IMG/VR virus record: IMGVR_UViG_3300031251_000002
Location: 1-64,000 of that record
Length of the DNA stretch: 64,000 bases
Reading direction: 5' to 3' (one strand)
Source of the DNA: a virus
The notes below the pieces were generated by a model that saw only the letters and a list, made by a program, of their open reading frames with translations, did no database searches and had not been told where the DNA came from. Of the stretch, positions 27,859 through 38,596 are shown piece by piece. Position numbers and translations under genes: made by a program. Positions within the stretch are counted from its first letter, which is position 1. Each line of letters starts with the position of its first letter.

Positions 27859-28312
27859 GGCAGTACCTGTTCTTCATGTCAGCGGCAGTCGCTGGGTACT
27901 ACTTTCCGGACCTATGCTTTTGGGTATGGTGTAAGGTAACAGGAAGGGTGAGAGTATGAAGCTGCCTCTTTGGTTTTGGGTCTTCACGCTTCTGCTGGAT
28001 GTGGCCTGTGTGGTGCTGGTGTACGAGGCTCTTGTTCACGCTGCTGAGATGACAATGGTTTCATGGGCCTGTGTGGCCTTTGCGGTCTTTGTCTGTGCCC
28101 GTTCGACTACAAAGGCGGTCTTCGATGATGGAGATTGACTGGAACAAGGCGACCGTCGAGATGCTTCAGGCCGAGTACACCAAGGTAACCAAGCAGCTAG
28201 CTGAAACGCCCGATGAGGTGCTGAGGCTGAAGCAGCAGTGGCTGTTCAATCGCATCTGTTCGCTTACCTCAGCCCGCATGGATCGAGCGTTTGAGCAGTC
28301 GAGGGGTGAGGT

Positions 28313-28624
28313 ATGAAAAAGATCCTGTTAATCACGCTGTTGTTTCTGATGGCGTTGTCCGCGACAGCCGGTACGGTACGCGGCCTCCTGACGCGGGGTA
28401 ACTACCCAGCCGCTGCCATAGCGGTTACAATCTCCAGTCCCAACACCGGGCGCTCGTCCCCGAGCGTTACCGGCCATGACGGAATGTACTACCTGTTTAA
28501 CGTGCCTCCGGGTTACTATACGCTGGAAGTTTGGGCGTACGGGGTTAACCAACCACCGATGACATTCAACATCACGGTCTACAACCAGCCGTATACGGAC
28601 ATTCCACCAGTGAGGGTTCCGTGA
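28313..28624 (+). CDS. secreted carboxypeptidase-regulatory-like domain protein
   Basis: Signal peptide; TGHDGMYYLFNVPPGYYTLEV. Confidence 0.75.
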   Translation: MKKILLITLLFLMALSATAGTVRGLLTRGNYPAAAIAVTISSPNTGRSSPSVTGHDGMYYLFNVPPGYYTLEVWAYGVNQPPMTFNITVYNQPYTDIPPVRVP

Positions 28625-29459
28625 GAAATTTTCGCATCGCGCTTTTCTGGCTCTACATCACTCTGGTGCTTTCCTCGGTCATCTACGTCGAAGCCCGGTG
28701 GGGCAGTACGAAGATGGGCATGGTCTACTGGCACATCAACGAGACTGGCAAGCGCGTCCTGACGGACGAGAACTATGTGCCGTGGACGATCCGCATGGCA
28801 CAGGGCGAGAAGGGACCGTTCTTGGAATGAGCGAAGAATTCCACGGCTGCGACGACCCTCGCACTACACCGGTCAACGTCGGAGACAAGGTATGGGTGCT
28901 GTTCGGAAAAGTCAGCACTCCCGCCGTCGTCACAGGCGTAGAGGGGATTGTCCATAAGCACTACCGGGTTTCTTCGTTCTCGACCCTTCACTGTCATCGC
29001 GGGGATCTCATGCTGCGCTCTGACGGTGAGGAGCCTCCAAATATTGAAACGCGCTGCGGGGGACACGGATGACCAGCACCATCGAGCGGATGATCGACGC
29101 CGCCGTCAAGTGCGTGAAGTGCGGCAAGGGTAAGACCGAGTGCGATTGTTGGGTGAAATGCCCGTGTGTCGGATGCCGGATGGCTTCAGCCGCGACCTGC
29201 ACAACGCGCTCTTGGGACAGCGTGTGCTCACGCCATCCGAGAAGGCGTACAAGATCGTCAGCGATGCGTGGAAAGCACTGTGGTAGCCACGAAATCGAAC
29301 GTCTCCAACTGGAAGTCGTCCTGCACGACCGGAGCCACAATAAAGGCTCATCGCGCGGGGCGTGGGCGGATGCGGAAGCTAAGAACAAGTGGCTGGAGCA
29401 TTGTCTGGTGGAGAAGCGTGAAGAGTTGACCCAGCGGTTGGGGATAAAGGAAGTGCCTG

Positions 29460-29858
29460 ATGCCAAAAGAGAGTTCTAAGACTAAGAAGGCGAAGGAGCC
29501 GACACGCTTCAACGACATGGCGGTTCATTACTCCTACGTCACCGGATCGAAGTGCTTCTGTGGCGAGGAAGTAACCGGCACGGATCCACTGCCCGCGCAC
29601 AACTGCATCCAGACGCTCGATGAGCGGGTCGCCAAGCTTGAGGCTTTCGCCAAGGGCGCTTGTCAGTGTGGTTCCGGGTTGCCTTGTGACTTGCATAAGG
29701 TGTGGGCACCGAAGGACGCGCCAGTGAACACGAAGGCCGCACCAGATGATAGGCGCTGCTGGTGCCAGCACTTTGAGAGCAACCACATCAAGTCCGGTGC
29801 GGGAACTAACCTGTGTCGGTATTGCGATTGTCAAGGTTTCAGCGTAGTAGCGAAGTAG
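29460..29858 (+). CDS. Cys/His-rich protein with a CxCxH...H...CxxCxCxxF module
   Basis: CWCQHFESNH...CRYCDCQGF. Confidence 0.65.
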   Translation: MPKESSKTKKAKEPTRFNDMAVHYSYVTGSKCFCGEEVTGTDPLPAHNCIQTLDERVAKLEAFAKGACQCGSGLPCDLHKVWAPKDAPVNTKAAPDDRRCWCQHFESNHIKSGAGTNLCRYCDCQGFSVVAK

Positions 29859-30259
29859 GAGGTAACATGCCTTGGACGGATCAGGCCACGGATCTGCACA
29901 TCAAGATCGAGAAGATCCACAAGCGGAGTACGACGATTTGCGCGTGTATGGCCACGGTCTCGCTGGTAGCGGCGTTCTGGGCAGGGAAGAAGGATCCGTA
30001 CTTGGCAGTATTCCTTGCCTTCATGGCAGGTGTACTCTACGATATCTGGAGCCACAACAAATTCATTTGCAAAAATTCCCATCTGCCGACCAAGGAGGAT
30101 CTCTATGGCGCGTAAGGCTGAGCAGGAATCCAAGAAGGCAACGATAATGGTGCTGATCTGCTCTGATTGGGATTCTGATGCGCGTCCGATTATCCTCACT
30201 CCTGAGGATGTGTCGTTTGAGGTTTGCGAGAACTGTCGCATCGTGGAGATGGTTGAGAA

Positions 30260-30469
30260 GTGACGCCACGGGTTACAAAGCGGCGACGGCAACGGACCGT
30301 GACTGGCCTTGTGAATGGGCTTGTTCCGGATTACACGCCGTGGCTGGCGTTGACGGCAGATACAGCAACTTGGGAAGCGCCTATTATGCGCCCACAGGAG
30401 GGGCTTTCGGGGTTTAGCTCTCTGCGGGACATGCTGACGCGAAAGCTGGGACGGAAATGGAAACGCTGA
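30260..30469 (+). CDS. small protein with N-terminal TPRVTKRRRQR
   Basis: GTGA overlap with the upstream ORF. Confidence 0.55.
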   Translation: MTPRVTKRRRQRTVTGLVNGLVPDYTPWLALTADTATWEAPIMRPQEGLSGFSSLRDMLTRKLGRKWKR

Positions 30470-30696
30470 CTCCGCGAGCAACACAGGTACGCAGATCATT
30501 GCGCTCGATTGTTATACTACTGATGGCGATCTTCAGCGTATGCGTAATCTTCAGTTTGAGAATGTGTGTGACGAACTGTCGCGGATTGTTCCAATGGTCT
30601 TTGGTGATGCGGAAAAGAGAGAAGGTTCAAGTGGCGCTGGAGATGTTGAAGGCGACGGACAAGATGATGGCTCTTATGGGTATATACGGCAAATGA
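30457..30696 (+). CDS. small protein with N-terminal TPRATQVRR
   Basis: Ends in an ATGA overlap with 30693. Confidence 0.55.
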   Translation: METLTPRATQVRRSLRSIVILLMAIFSVCVIFSLRMCVTNCRGLFQWSLVMRKREKVQVALEMLKATDKMMALMGIYGK

Positions 30697-31088
30697 TTAA
30701 CCAGATTTGCACTCTCGTCGTGTTCTCAGCCTATGCGGCTATCAGTGCCATCCTCATGGTCTATGTCCGCATTCGCACCGGGACATCGAAGCTGGCGTCT
30801 ACGGCTCTGGCTACGTTGATCTTCGTTTCAGGCGCTGCACATTTGATTGAGGCGTTGACCTCCCTTCACTGGCTGTATGTTCTCTGCGAGGTGTTGGAAG
30901 CTGTGCTGGCGGTTGTTGTCTCCATCATCCTGTTCATTCTCCTGCCGAGAATGCTTCGTACAGATACCAGCGCGGGCCGGGTTTCTATGCACGATAGGAT
31001 CTTAGAGCTTCAGGGCGAACTGGCACATCTCAAGGACACGAAGGTTGAACTGGAAAAGCTGATTGGACAGGAGCCGAAGAATGGCTAA
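30693..31088 (+). CDS. 3-TM membrane protein with a coiled coil, resembling an ethylene-receptor-type sensor input domain
   Basis: AYAAIS...LIFVSGAAHLIE...AVVVSI...LLPRML. Confidence 0.5.
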   Translation: MINQICTLVVFSAYAAISAILMVYVRIRTGTSKLASTALATLIFVSGAAHLIEALTSLHWLYVLCEVLEAVLAVVVSIILFILLPRMLRTDTSAGRVSMHDRILELQGELAHLKDTKVELEKLIGQEPKNG

Positions 31089-31818
31089 GAAGCCGGTCGA
31101 GAAGAAGCCAGTGGATCCACTCAAGTACGTAACCAAGGCGCAGATGGCTGAGGACTACGACCACCTCACATCGGTTTACCATGTCCTTTCGGAGTCCCAC
31201 AACAATCTCAAGACCCTGTACAATGGCCAGCAGTTGCGTCTAGCGGAAGAGCGGGACGCACATGTGAAAGAGGTTGACGAGTTGATCGAGAGTCGCGCTA
31301 AGGCTGTTCTACGTGTTAACCAGTACAGGATCATGCTGGACCTGTACGGTCAGCACCTGTCTGGGTGTAAGTTCTTGGCAAGCTGGTTTCGTCAGCAGGG
31401 TGATTTTCCATGTGACTGTGGTTTACATCAGGCGCGGGGGACTGGAAAGTAATGAAAGAGGACTGGTATGAATTTCCTGCCATTCCTGAAACGAAAAAGT
31501 AGGAGGGGGATCGTGAAACTCGGTGAACGTGTTCTAGTTAATCTTGGGGCATTTACTCTAACGGAAGCTGTCGTGACGCGCATCGGTGATACTGGTGTGG
31601 CAGTCGAGGTCGAAGTGGCCGTGGCGGCTGGGCTGACTGGTAACAAGACGAGCAAGTATTGGCTCACGCCGGATAAGGTAGTTGACACTCTGGCTAGCCA
31701 GACGCAGCCTGTTCCGGTTTCCTAGCTATGCTCGCTGACGTTGTGCCTATGCTCTTGATGGGCGCGTTCTGCTTCGCGCTAGGAGTCAAAGCTGGTATGT
31801 GGTTAGAGAGGAGCGGTG

Positions 31819-33165
31819 ATGAAGCGTCTAACACTTAGTCTTTGTTTGTTAGGACTCTTAACGTCAGTCTTAGGGGGGACGACTCTTCAGACGATTCCCT
31901 TTAGTACCTCTCCCTATAACCCCAACATGCAGCAGTCCTCTGATGCCGCGTATTCAGGCCGTTGGGTTATTCGGGGGCAGCAGTATGGCGTCTATGCCTT
32001 GAACGCCGACAACGGTACTTACAAGATGATTACCGGTGTTGGCAAGAATGATGGGGTAGCACCAGCAGCAAACATTTTCATTACTGGGGATTGTTGGCAG
32101 AGCTTTACCAGTTTGGCAGCGACTCCCGGTGTAGCGAAGTGGGTTGTCTGGATTGGGACTCCGGAGATGTGCGCTCCGTCCGGTGTGCCGGTCCCCGCTG
32201 AGTACATTCAAGTGGCGCGACTTGACGGTGGACAGGGGCTTCGTTGGGTCGGTCAGATCCACGCGCCTCTTGTTAATCGGCTCGCACATTTCATCTACAC
32301 GGCTGGCGACACAGTATGGGCACCGGAAGGGTTATACCCTCCGACGACATGGACGAAGTGTGATCTCAACGTTCTTGGTAGCTGCGTTTCGGGTCAGCCG
32401 AGTCCTGCCGCCCAAGCTCCGCCCCAGCCGAACATTGATGGGTACACGTATTCGCTTGTAGGCGGCGGGCCGCAGTTCCATTGGACGATGGTGCGAAGTG
32501 ATGTTCAGTTGCCAACCGCAACGCCTAACCTGACGCCGATTATCTCTGTTACCCCTTCTCGTACACCGACCAAGACGAAGACTGGGACGCCGGGGCCGTG
32601 TGCGCCTCCTGCTCCGTGTCCAGCGACTCAGACGCCTATCGGGACTAGGACTGCGACTCCGGTTCCCTCGCCTACGCCAGCAGCTTCTGGATGTGGCGGC
32701 GTGGACAAGTACACGCTCTGTCTTGGCGAGCGCTTCAAGGTCACGGCCCAGTGGGTCTCGACTTCGGGATCGGGCGCGGGGACGGCTGTTACCCTGACCG
32801 ACGACACTGGAACCTTCTGGTTCTTCAGCGCTGGGAACTACGAGTTGATGGTCAAGGTGCTGGCTGGCTGCTCGACCAACTCCCACTACTGGGTCTTTGC
32901 GGCGGGCCTGACGAACGTCAATGTCACCCTGACCGTGACGGATACTCAGACCGGGGCCATTAAAACGTACGTTAATCCGCAGGGGACGGCCTACCAGCCC
33001 ATTCAGGACACGACGGCATTCCAGTGCCCTGCCGCCCCCGCTCGGGCTTTAAAAGCCAGCGTAGAGAAGAAACCGTTGTCAAAAATCGGGAAGGGCGTTA
33101 CCATCACGCTCATGCTTCTGGCAGCGGCGGCTATCGGGATGATGACGAGAGAGTTTCGTGGCTGA
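31819..33165 (+). CDS. secreted/membrane-anchored protein with a Pro/Thr linker and an Acidobacteriota-type C-terminal domain
   Basis: Signal peptide; LCL..RFKV..QW...TDDTGTFWFFS..NYELMVKVL.GC..NSHYWVFAAGLTNV.VTLTVTDT; C-terminal TM. Confidence 0.8.
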   Translation: MKRLTLSLCLLGLLTSVLGGTTLQTIPFSTSPYNPNMQQSSDAAYSGRWVIRGQQYGVYALNADNGTYKMITGVGKNDGVAPAANIFITGDCWQSFTSLAATPGVAKWVVWIGTPEMCAPSGVPVPAEYIQVARLDGGQGLRWVGQIHAPLVNRLAHFIYTAGDTVWAPEGLYPPTTWTKCDLNVLGSCVSGQPSPAAQAPPQPNIDGYTYSLVGGGPQFHWTMVRSDVQLPTATPNLTPIISVTPSRTPTKTKTGTPGPCAPPAPCPATQTPIGTRTATPVPSPTPAASGCGGVDKYTLCLGERFKVTAQWVSTSGSGAGTAVTLTDDTGTFWFFSAGNYELMVKVLAGCSTNSHYWVFAAGLTNVNVTLTVTDTQTGAIKTYVNPQGTAYQPIQDTTAFQCPAAPARALKASVEKKPLSKIGKGVTITLMLLAAAAIGMMTREFRG

Positions 33166-35603
33166 CATGGCTAAGTTGGCAATCGAGGAACGTGTTACCC
33201 GAATCGAAGAGGCGCTGAGAGCGTTGGAGTTGGAAACGAAGCCCCACTGGCCGGGGTGTGGCTGCTCCCTCCGCGCTTTCGCGGGTAAGCCGCCAGAGCC
33301 TCCCCTCCCGCCCCTCTGCCCTGCGTGTGGACGTTGGACTTGGCGGGTAGGTGGTTACTGCACCCGTCATTGTGAGAGCAAAGGTCCAGCGAAGACTTGC
33401 TCGCATGGCATATACGAGTGGGCTTGCACTCAGTCGCATCAGCCTCCGTACGCCGAATGCACCACCTGTAAGTCAGTAACCTGCTCCGGAAGTGGTTGCT
33501 GGCATGGCTTGTCTACGCACCTTCCCGGTGAAGGTTGCACGGTGAAGGGCTGTGGTTGTGAGCGCCCATGATTACTCATCTCGATTCCACCTGTCCGCAT
33601 CTGGTTGAGCTTAATCGGCTGAAGGCTGAGTCTGATGAAGTGCTGGAAGACTTTTACAATGAGGTCGAGAGCGCGTTGAAGTGCCAGCCCAAACCGAATG
33701 GCGAGTACGCGCATCTCGTTTACTGCAACGGCGACCCGCGAAAGCCGCCCGGAACCCCCGGTGTTTCTTGCTCCTGTCCTGTAGGCCGCGTTTGGCGTGA
33801 AGCTGCGGCCAAGATCGTTGAAGCCGCCCCCCGGTGTCGCATGTATGTCTGTGGGAGGAACGAAATTGCCGAAGCAGTTAGGCAGGGGAAGTGGACAGAC
33901 GAGACTCGCTGGACCGAAGAGGCCCCCGAAAAAGAGCCTCCCCGCACCGAAGCCCTCAAAGAACACTACGGCGAAGAGTGCGCGTACACCTGCCCCAAGC
34001 ACTCCTACCGATAAGGGTCCATGCACTGACGTTCTAAGGGCCGAAGCCATGAAGCTTCGGGACATGGGGCGTGTCAACGTCACCATCTGCTGGAACTGCA
34101 AGCCCGTCAACGCTTCCCTGAAGGAAGCCACGTTCGTCTGCATCTACTGCTGGCAATGCAAGCACTGGTACTTCAAGGGGCGGGATCTCACGGCACCCAA
34201 AGCTGTGGTAACATAGGCGATTATGTTTGAGACACTGAAGAGTCGCGCCTTCTGGAATGGCTGGTGGACGGGAACCTTCTGGGGTCTGCTGGTCGGCAAT
34301 CTTGGTTTCACGATCTGGTATGCCTTCCACTGGCGCTGGATTGGGCTGGTCAACATCGTAGCTTTGGTGCTTTTGGTAACGGTCTGTCGAGACCGGTTCA
34401 AGCACAAGGACTGTGGTTGCTGGTTCGGTCAGTGCCACAACTGCCATCGCTTCTTCTGCGTCTCCCATAAGATCCTGAGTCCAGTTAACTGGCTGCTCTC
34501 GCTTCCGTGGGAGTACGCTTCTGTACGCGGCCATGTTCGGATGGAACGGGTCACATGGCGAATTCTCGAAAAGTGGATGGCGGTCGAGGGCTGGTACTTG
34601 ACGAAGTTCGATCAGGTCGTTGATGACACTGGTAAGCGTGGCTGAGAATCTAGCGGTCGTGGTGTTCTTGGTGTTCTTCGTCGCCATTACGCGATGGACG
34701 TTCAAGGAGCGAGACGAGGTATGACGAGACAGGAGTTGAAGGAGTGCTTGCTGAGTGGCAGTCCCATTCCAGCATGGGGTGTGATTGTTATACTGATCGA
34801 GTGCGTTGCTCTGTTTGCATGGACGTATAGGTGGTGATTATGAAACCCGATGAGCCGAAGGACGAGAAGCGCTGCGAGACCTGTGCGCGGATGGCTGAAG
34901 CGTTTACGTACCTTCTCCGTGATGTGGTCTATCGTGCCCCCGAGGAGTTGACGGCGGAATACTACGTACGGCAGCTTGCCTTTCTGCGCGAAAAGTTCGT
35001 TGGTCGCGCATGAAGAACTGGCTTTGTCGGCTGGTAGGCCATGCGATGTGCATGAATCAGGGCCACTTCAACCCCCACAACGGCTGGCTTGATTCGCTCC
35101 ACTGCTTGCGTGGCTGTGGGAATTGGGATGCTGAAGACCCGGCTGCTCCTCGTCGCTGGCACAAGTGGATTGGTCGGTGTCGGATAGGCGAATGAACTGG
35201 CAGACCAAGCTGATTGCTTTAGTCATTGTCGGGGTCATCCTCTATGTGATAGAGTGGTGGGTAATCATTAGGGCACTGAAACGCGACGAAAGGGAGGCAC
35301 ATGAAGAACAGCGAGCGGGCCGAGAAGATCCTTTCGCGCCTCGTTGGTGAGGCGGGCGAGCTTGTTCAGGATCGAGATGGCTGTGACTACGCCTTCGATG
35401 AAGAGTCACGGTATCGAGAAGATTACTACGTGGCGCTTCACATCATCGAGGACGCGCTGGAAGAGGCCCTTGAGGATCCGGACAGCGAATTCCAGACGCT
35501 GAAGGCTGAGAACGATATGCTCCGCGAGGAGTTGGACGATCAGGATGTGTATTGCCAGACCTTCCACGTTAGGTCTGGTGAGGGCGAGGACGCGGTAACC
35601 TAG
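33158..35603 (+). other. cluster of small Cys-rich and membrane ORFs (33158-33571, 33568-34014, 34223-34645, 34831-35013, 35010-35195, 35301-35603)
   Basis: Coupled ORFs. Confidence 0.6.
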
Positions 35604-35610
35604 GAGTAAC

Positions 35611-36795
35611 ATGCCGATTAAGCGTACGCTACAGTCGCGGGTGCCAGTCAAGATTTGGACTGAGGATGTGGCAAGCAACGCCATGGATCAGTTGAAGAAC
35701 ACGGCATCTCTGCCCTTCGTCTACCACCACGTAGCGGCCATGCCGGATGTCCACCTTGGCATTGGTGCTACGGTTGGCAGCGTCGTGGCTACGGTGGGTG
35801 CGGTAATGCCCGCCAGCGTTGGTGTGGATATCGGCTGCGGCATGATGTGGATCGAGACCGGATTGGACATCGGTGTTCTCGACGGCAAGCTGCCTGAGCT
35901 TCGCCACAGCATCGAGCGCGGCGTCCCGGTGGGCTTCAACTCCCACAAGGAGCCGAAGATCGCTGCCCAGATTTTCGGGAAGAATTTTGGTCGTCCGATT
36001 GAGGGGGCTGACGACGATGAGCTTATGGGAAAGAGCCTTTGTCAACTGGGTAGCTTGGGCGGCGGGAATCACTTCATCGAGGTGTGCGTCAATCTCGACA
36101 CGAACAAACTCTCAGTCATGCTCCACAGCGGATCACGCAATGTGGGAAAGACTGTGGCCGAACGGTACATCAACAAGGCCAAGCTCCACCACCTCATTAA
36201 ACTGCCCGACCCTGAACTGGCGTACTTTGCCGCCGGGACTGACGAGTTTGCTAACTATGTGAATGACGTTCAGTGGTGTCAGATGTACGCCATGCTGAAC
36301 CGGCAGATCATGATGGACGAGGTGCTGAAGGATCTCGCCCACTTGCTGGGGGTGGATCGGTACAACGCCCACGCGAGTCTGGGTGTTACTCAGAGCGTCA
36401 ACTGCCACCACAACTACATCGCTGAAGAGATTCATTTTGGACAGAAGGTTTTCGTAACTCGTAAGGGAGCGATCAATGCCGAGAAGGGAACGTGGGGAAT
36501 CATTCCGGGAAGTATGGGCACCGGTAGCTTCATCGTTAAGGGCCTTGGGAATCCGGAAAGCTTTAACTCTGCTCCCCACGGTGCTGGTCGTCGTATGTCT
36601 CGCGGTGAGGCAAAGCGGACGTTCACCGTCGCAGACCTTGAAGCTCAGACGAGTGGCGTAGAGTGTCGTAAGGATGCTGATGTTCTCGATGAGGCCCCGG
36701 CAGCATACAAGGATATCGGTGAGGTAATCACTAACTCGTCTGACTTGGTGACCGTCGAGGCACGGATCAAGCAGGTTCTTTGCGTCAAGGGGTAG
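35611..36795 (+). CDS. rtcB: RtcB family RNA ligase
   Basis: MPDVHLG, VGVDIGCG, GGGNHFIE, HSGSR, CHHNY, RKGA, IPGSMG, SAPHGAGR, DEAPAAYK. Confidence 0.97.
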   Translation: MPIKRTLQSRVPVKIWTEDVASNAMDQLKNTASLPFVYHHVAAMPDVHLGIGATVGSVVATVGAVMPASVGVDIGCGMMWIETGLDIGVLDGKLPELRHSIERGVPVGFNSHKEPKIAAQIFGKNFGRPIEGADDDELMGKSLCQLGSLGGGNHFIEVCVNLDTNKLSVMLHSGSRNVGKTVAERYINKAKLHHLIKLPDPELAYFAAGTDEFANYVNDVQWCQMYAMLNRQIMMDEVLKDLAHLLGVDRYNAHASLGVTQSVNCHHNYIAEEIHFGQKVFVTRKGAINAEKGTWGIIPGSMGTGSFIVKGLGNPESFNSAPHGAGRRMSRGEAKRTFTVADLEAQTSGVECRKDADVLDEAPAAYKDIGEVITNSSDLVTVEARIKQVLCVKG

Positions 36796-37726
36796 TATGC
36801 TTCTTGACTTCATTTTCACTTGGTTGTTTAAGTCGCTGGCCTTGCTGTTCGTCTTTGGGGGCTTTGTTGGGATCCTGTATTTGATTGTTTTCGTGAACCC
36901 GTGGTGGGCGCTCTTGCTTGCTCCGTGGCTCGGATTAATCTTAGCCCTTCAGGAAGAGTCATGACTGACCCCAACTTCACGGTGCGTGAAGGCGACCCCG
37001 AGCATGTGGCCTTTCATCGCCTCTACGATGCGCGTGGTAACACCGCTGAGTTGAGAGAAGCCCATCCTGAATACTGCTCGCAGTGCTTGTACTCGGCTGC
37101 GGCAGAGTGGTTCTATCTGGGCTGGCACTCGAAAGAGAAGTTCAAGTGTGGTGGCTGCGGACATGCTGCCTCTGCGGGCAAATACTGCTCGCTCCGCCCT
37201 GAGCCGGATGAGAGGGAAGAGCAGCGCTTGCGCGAATACGCTAAGGCTGATCTTTGTCCTCATGGCTACAAGCGCTGCTGTGGAAATAAAGCCGCTGACG
37301 AACTGCACCCCTAGCCTTCTGAAGAAGTGGAATTCCATTCTGAAGAAGCACGGGCTGCGTGTTATCCAGCCCGGTGATAACACTCGACAATTGAATGCGT
37401 CGAAGCGTAGACTTCTGGAAAGCAAGAGGAGGAAGCGTGAAAGTCGGCTCAGTAGTTCTGTTCAAGACAGAGGGCAGTCCAACGGAAGCACGGATCAGGA
37501 GAGTATCTGATAACGGCGCTGTGGTTGAAATCGAGTATCCACCCAATGGTTCTACGCTAAGTGTAAAGTGGGTGACGGCTGCTAGCATTCTGGATACGCT
37601 TGGCGAGAAGCCTGATGTGGTTCCTGAGGCCGCACCTGCTCCAGCACCCCCGCCTATCAATCCGCTTCCGGAAGGCATTGACACCTCGCGGTTCGATACT
37701 GCGTCCGGGCTGCATCAGAATCGTTG

Positions 37727-38062
37727 ATGACGCCCCGGCGTACCCAGCTTCGCCGTCGTAGGCGGCTGTTCAACGATTTTGAGATTACCGACCGGCTCGG
37801 TAATCCGGTAGACACGCAATACCACTTCAACACTTCACCCTATCCGGGACATTTGGAACTGATCTCCGAACATCGGTACGAGACGTTTGAGATGATCTTT
37901 ACGGTTGTAGCGAAAGACGGCGATACGGATGCACAGGAAGTCCGGATACCGACCCGTGACGGTAGGCAGTTCCTTGCGGTCGGCATCCCAGTTCCGGCGT
38001 TGCGTGAAGGCCAGTTTTACCAGTTCCGGCTCAGTCTTGAAGCCTACATGAGTTTGAGGTAA
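37727..38062 (+). CDS. protein with N-terminal TPRRTQLRRRRR
   Basis: TGATG overlap with the upstream ORF. Confidence 0.65.
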   Translation: MTPRRTQLRRRRRLFNDFEITDRLGNPVDTQYHFNTSPYPGHLELISEHRYETFEMIFTVVAKDGDTDAQEVRIPTRDGRQFLAVGIPVPALREGQFYQFRLSLEAYMSLR

Positions 38063-38064
38063 TC

Positions 38065-38316
38065 ATGCCTTACATCACTCCGTTTGAGCGAGAGAAGTTC
38101 GACAGCCACTTGTGTGACTTTCCTTTCATCGCCTCGCCCGGTCAGTTGAATTATGTAATCAGCCGCTTGATGCTGGAGTACGTAAAGAACATGGGTGAAT
38201 CGTACGCGACCTACAACGCCTTGATTGGGGTTTGTGAGGCGGCGAAGCTGGAGCTTTACAGGAAGCTCGTTGCGCCGTACGAGGACGAGAAAGAGAAGAA
38301 GAATGGAAAGCTCTAA
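38065..38316 (+). CDS. conserved phage protein (MPYI...GQLNY...LELYRK...PYE family)
   Basis: Recognisable widespread phage family motif. Confidence 0.78.
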   Translation: MPYITPFEREKFDSHLCDFPFIASPGQLNYVISRLMLEYVKNMGESYATYNALIGVCEAAKLELYRKLVAPYEDEKEKKNGKL

Positions 38317-38596
38317 GCTGGAGGAGCGCTTCGTCTACGCGCAGGTGCAGGTGGACATCGCCACCGCTGTGCTGGCCGAGATTTCACAGCCCGTCCCGGC
38401 TGAAGACACGATTCCCTATCTGGATCGTTACTGGGCCGATATGGCGATTGGCTATCGGACCCTCGCGCATGAAGCCTTGATGAAACTGAAAAGTCTCGCT
38501 GAAAAAGTAAGCGAGTAACCTCCCAAACCCGGTCTCTGGAAGATTCTTCAATAGTCCGTCTTTGATGTAAGGGCGGAAGCTTGCTCAGGAGTGCCA

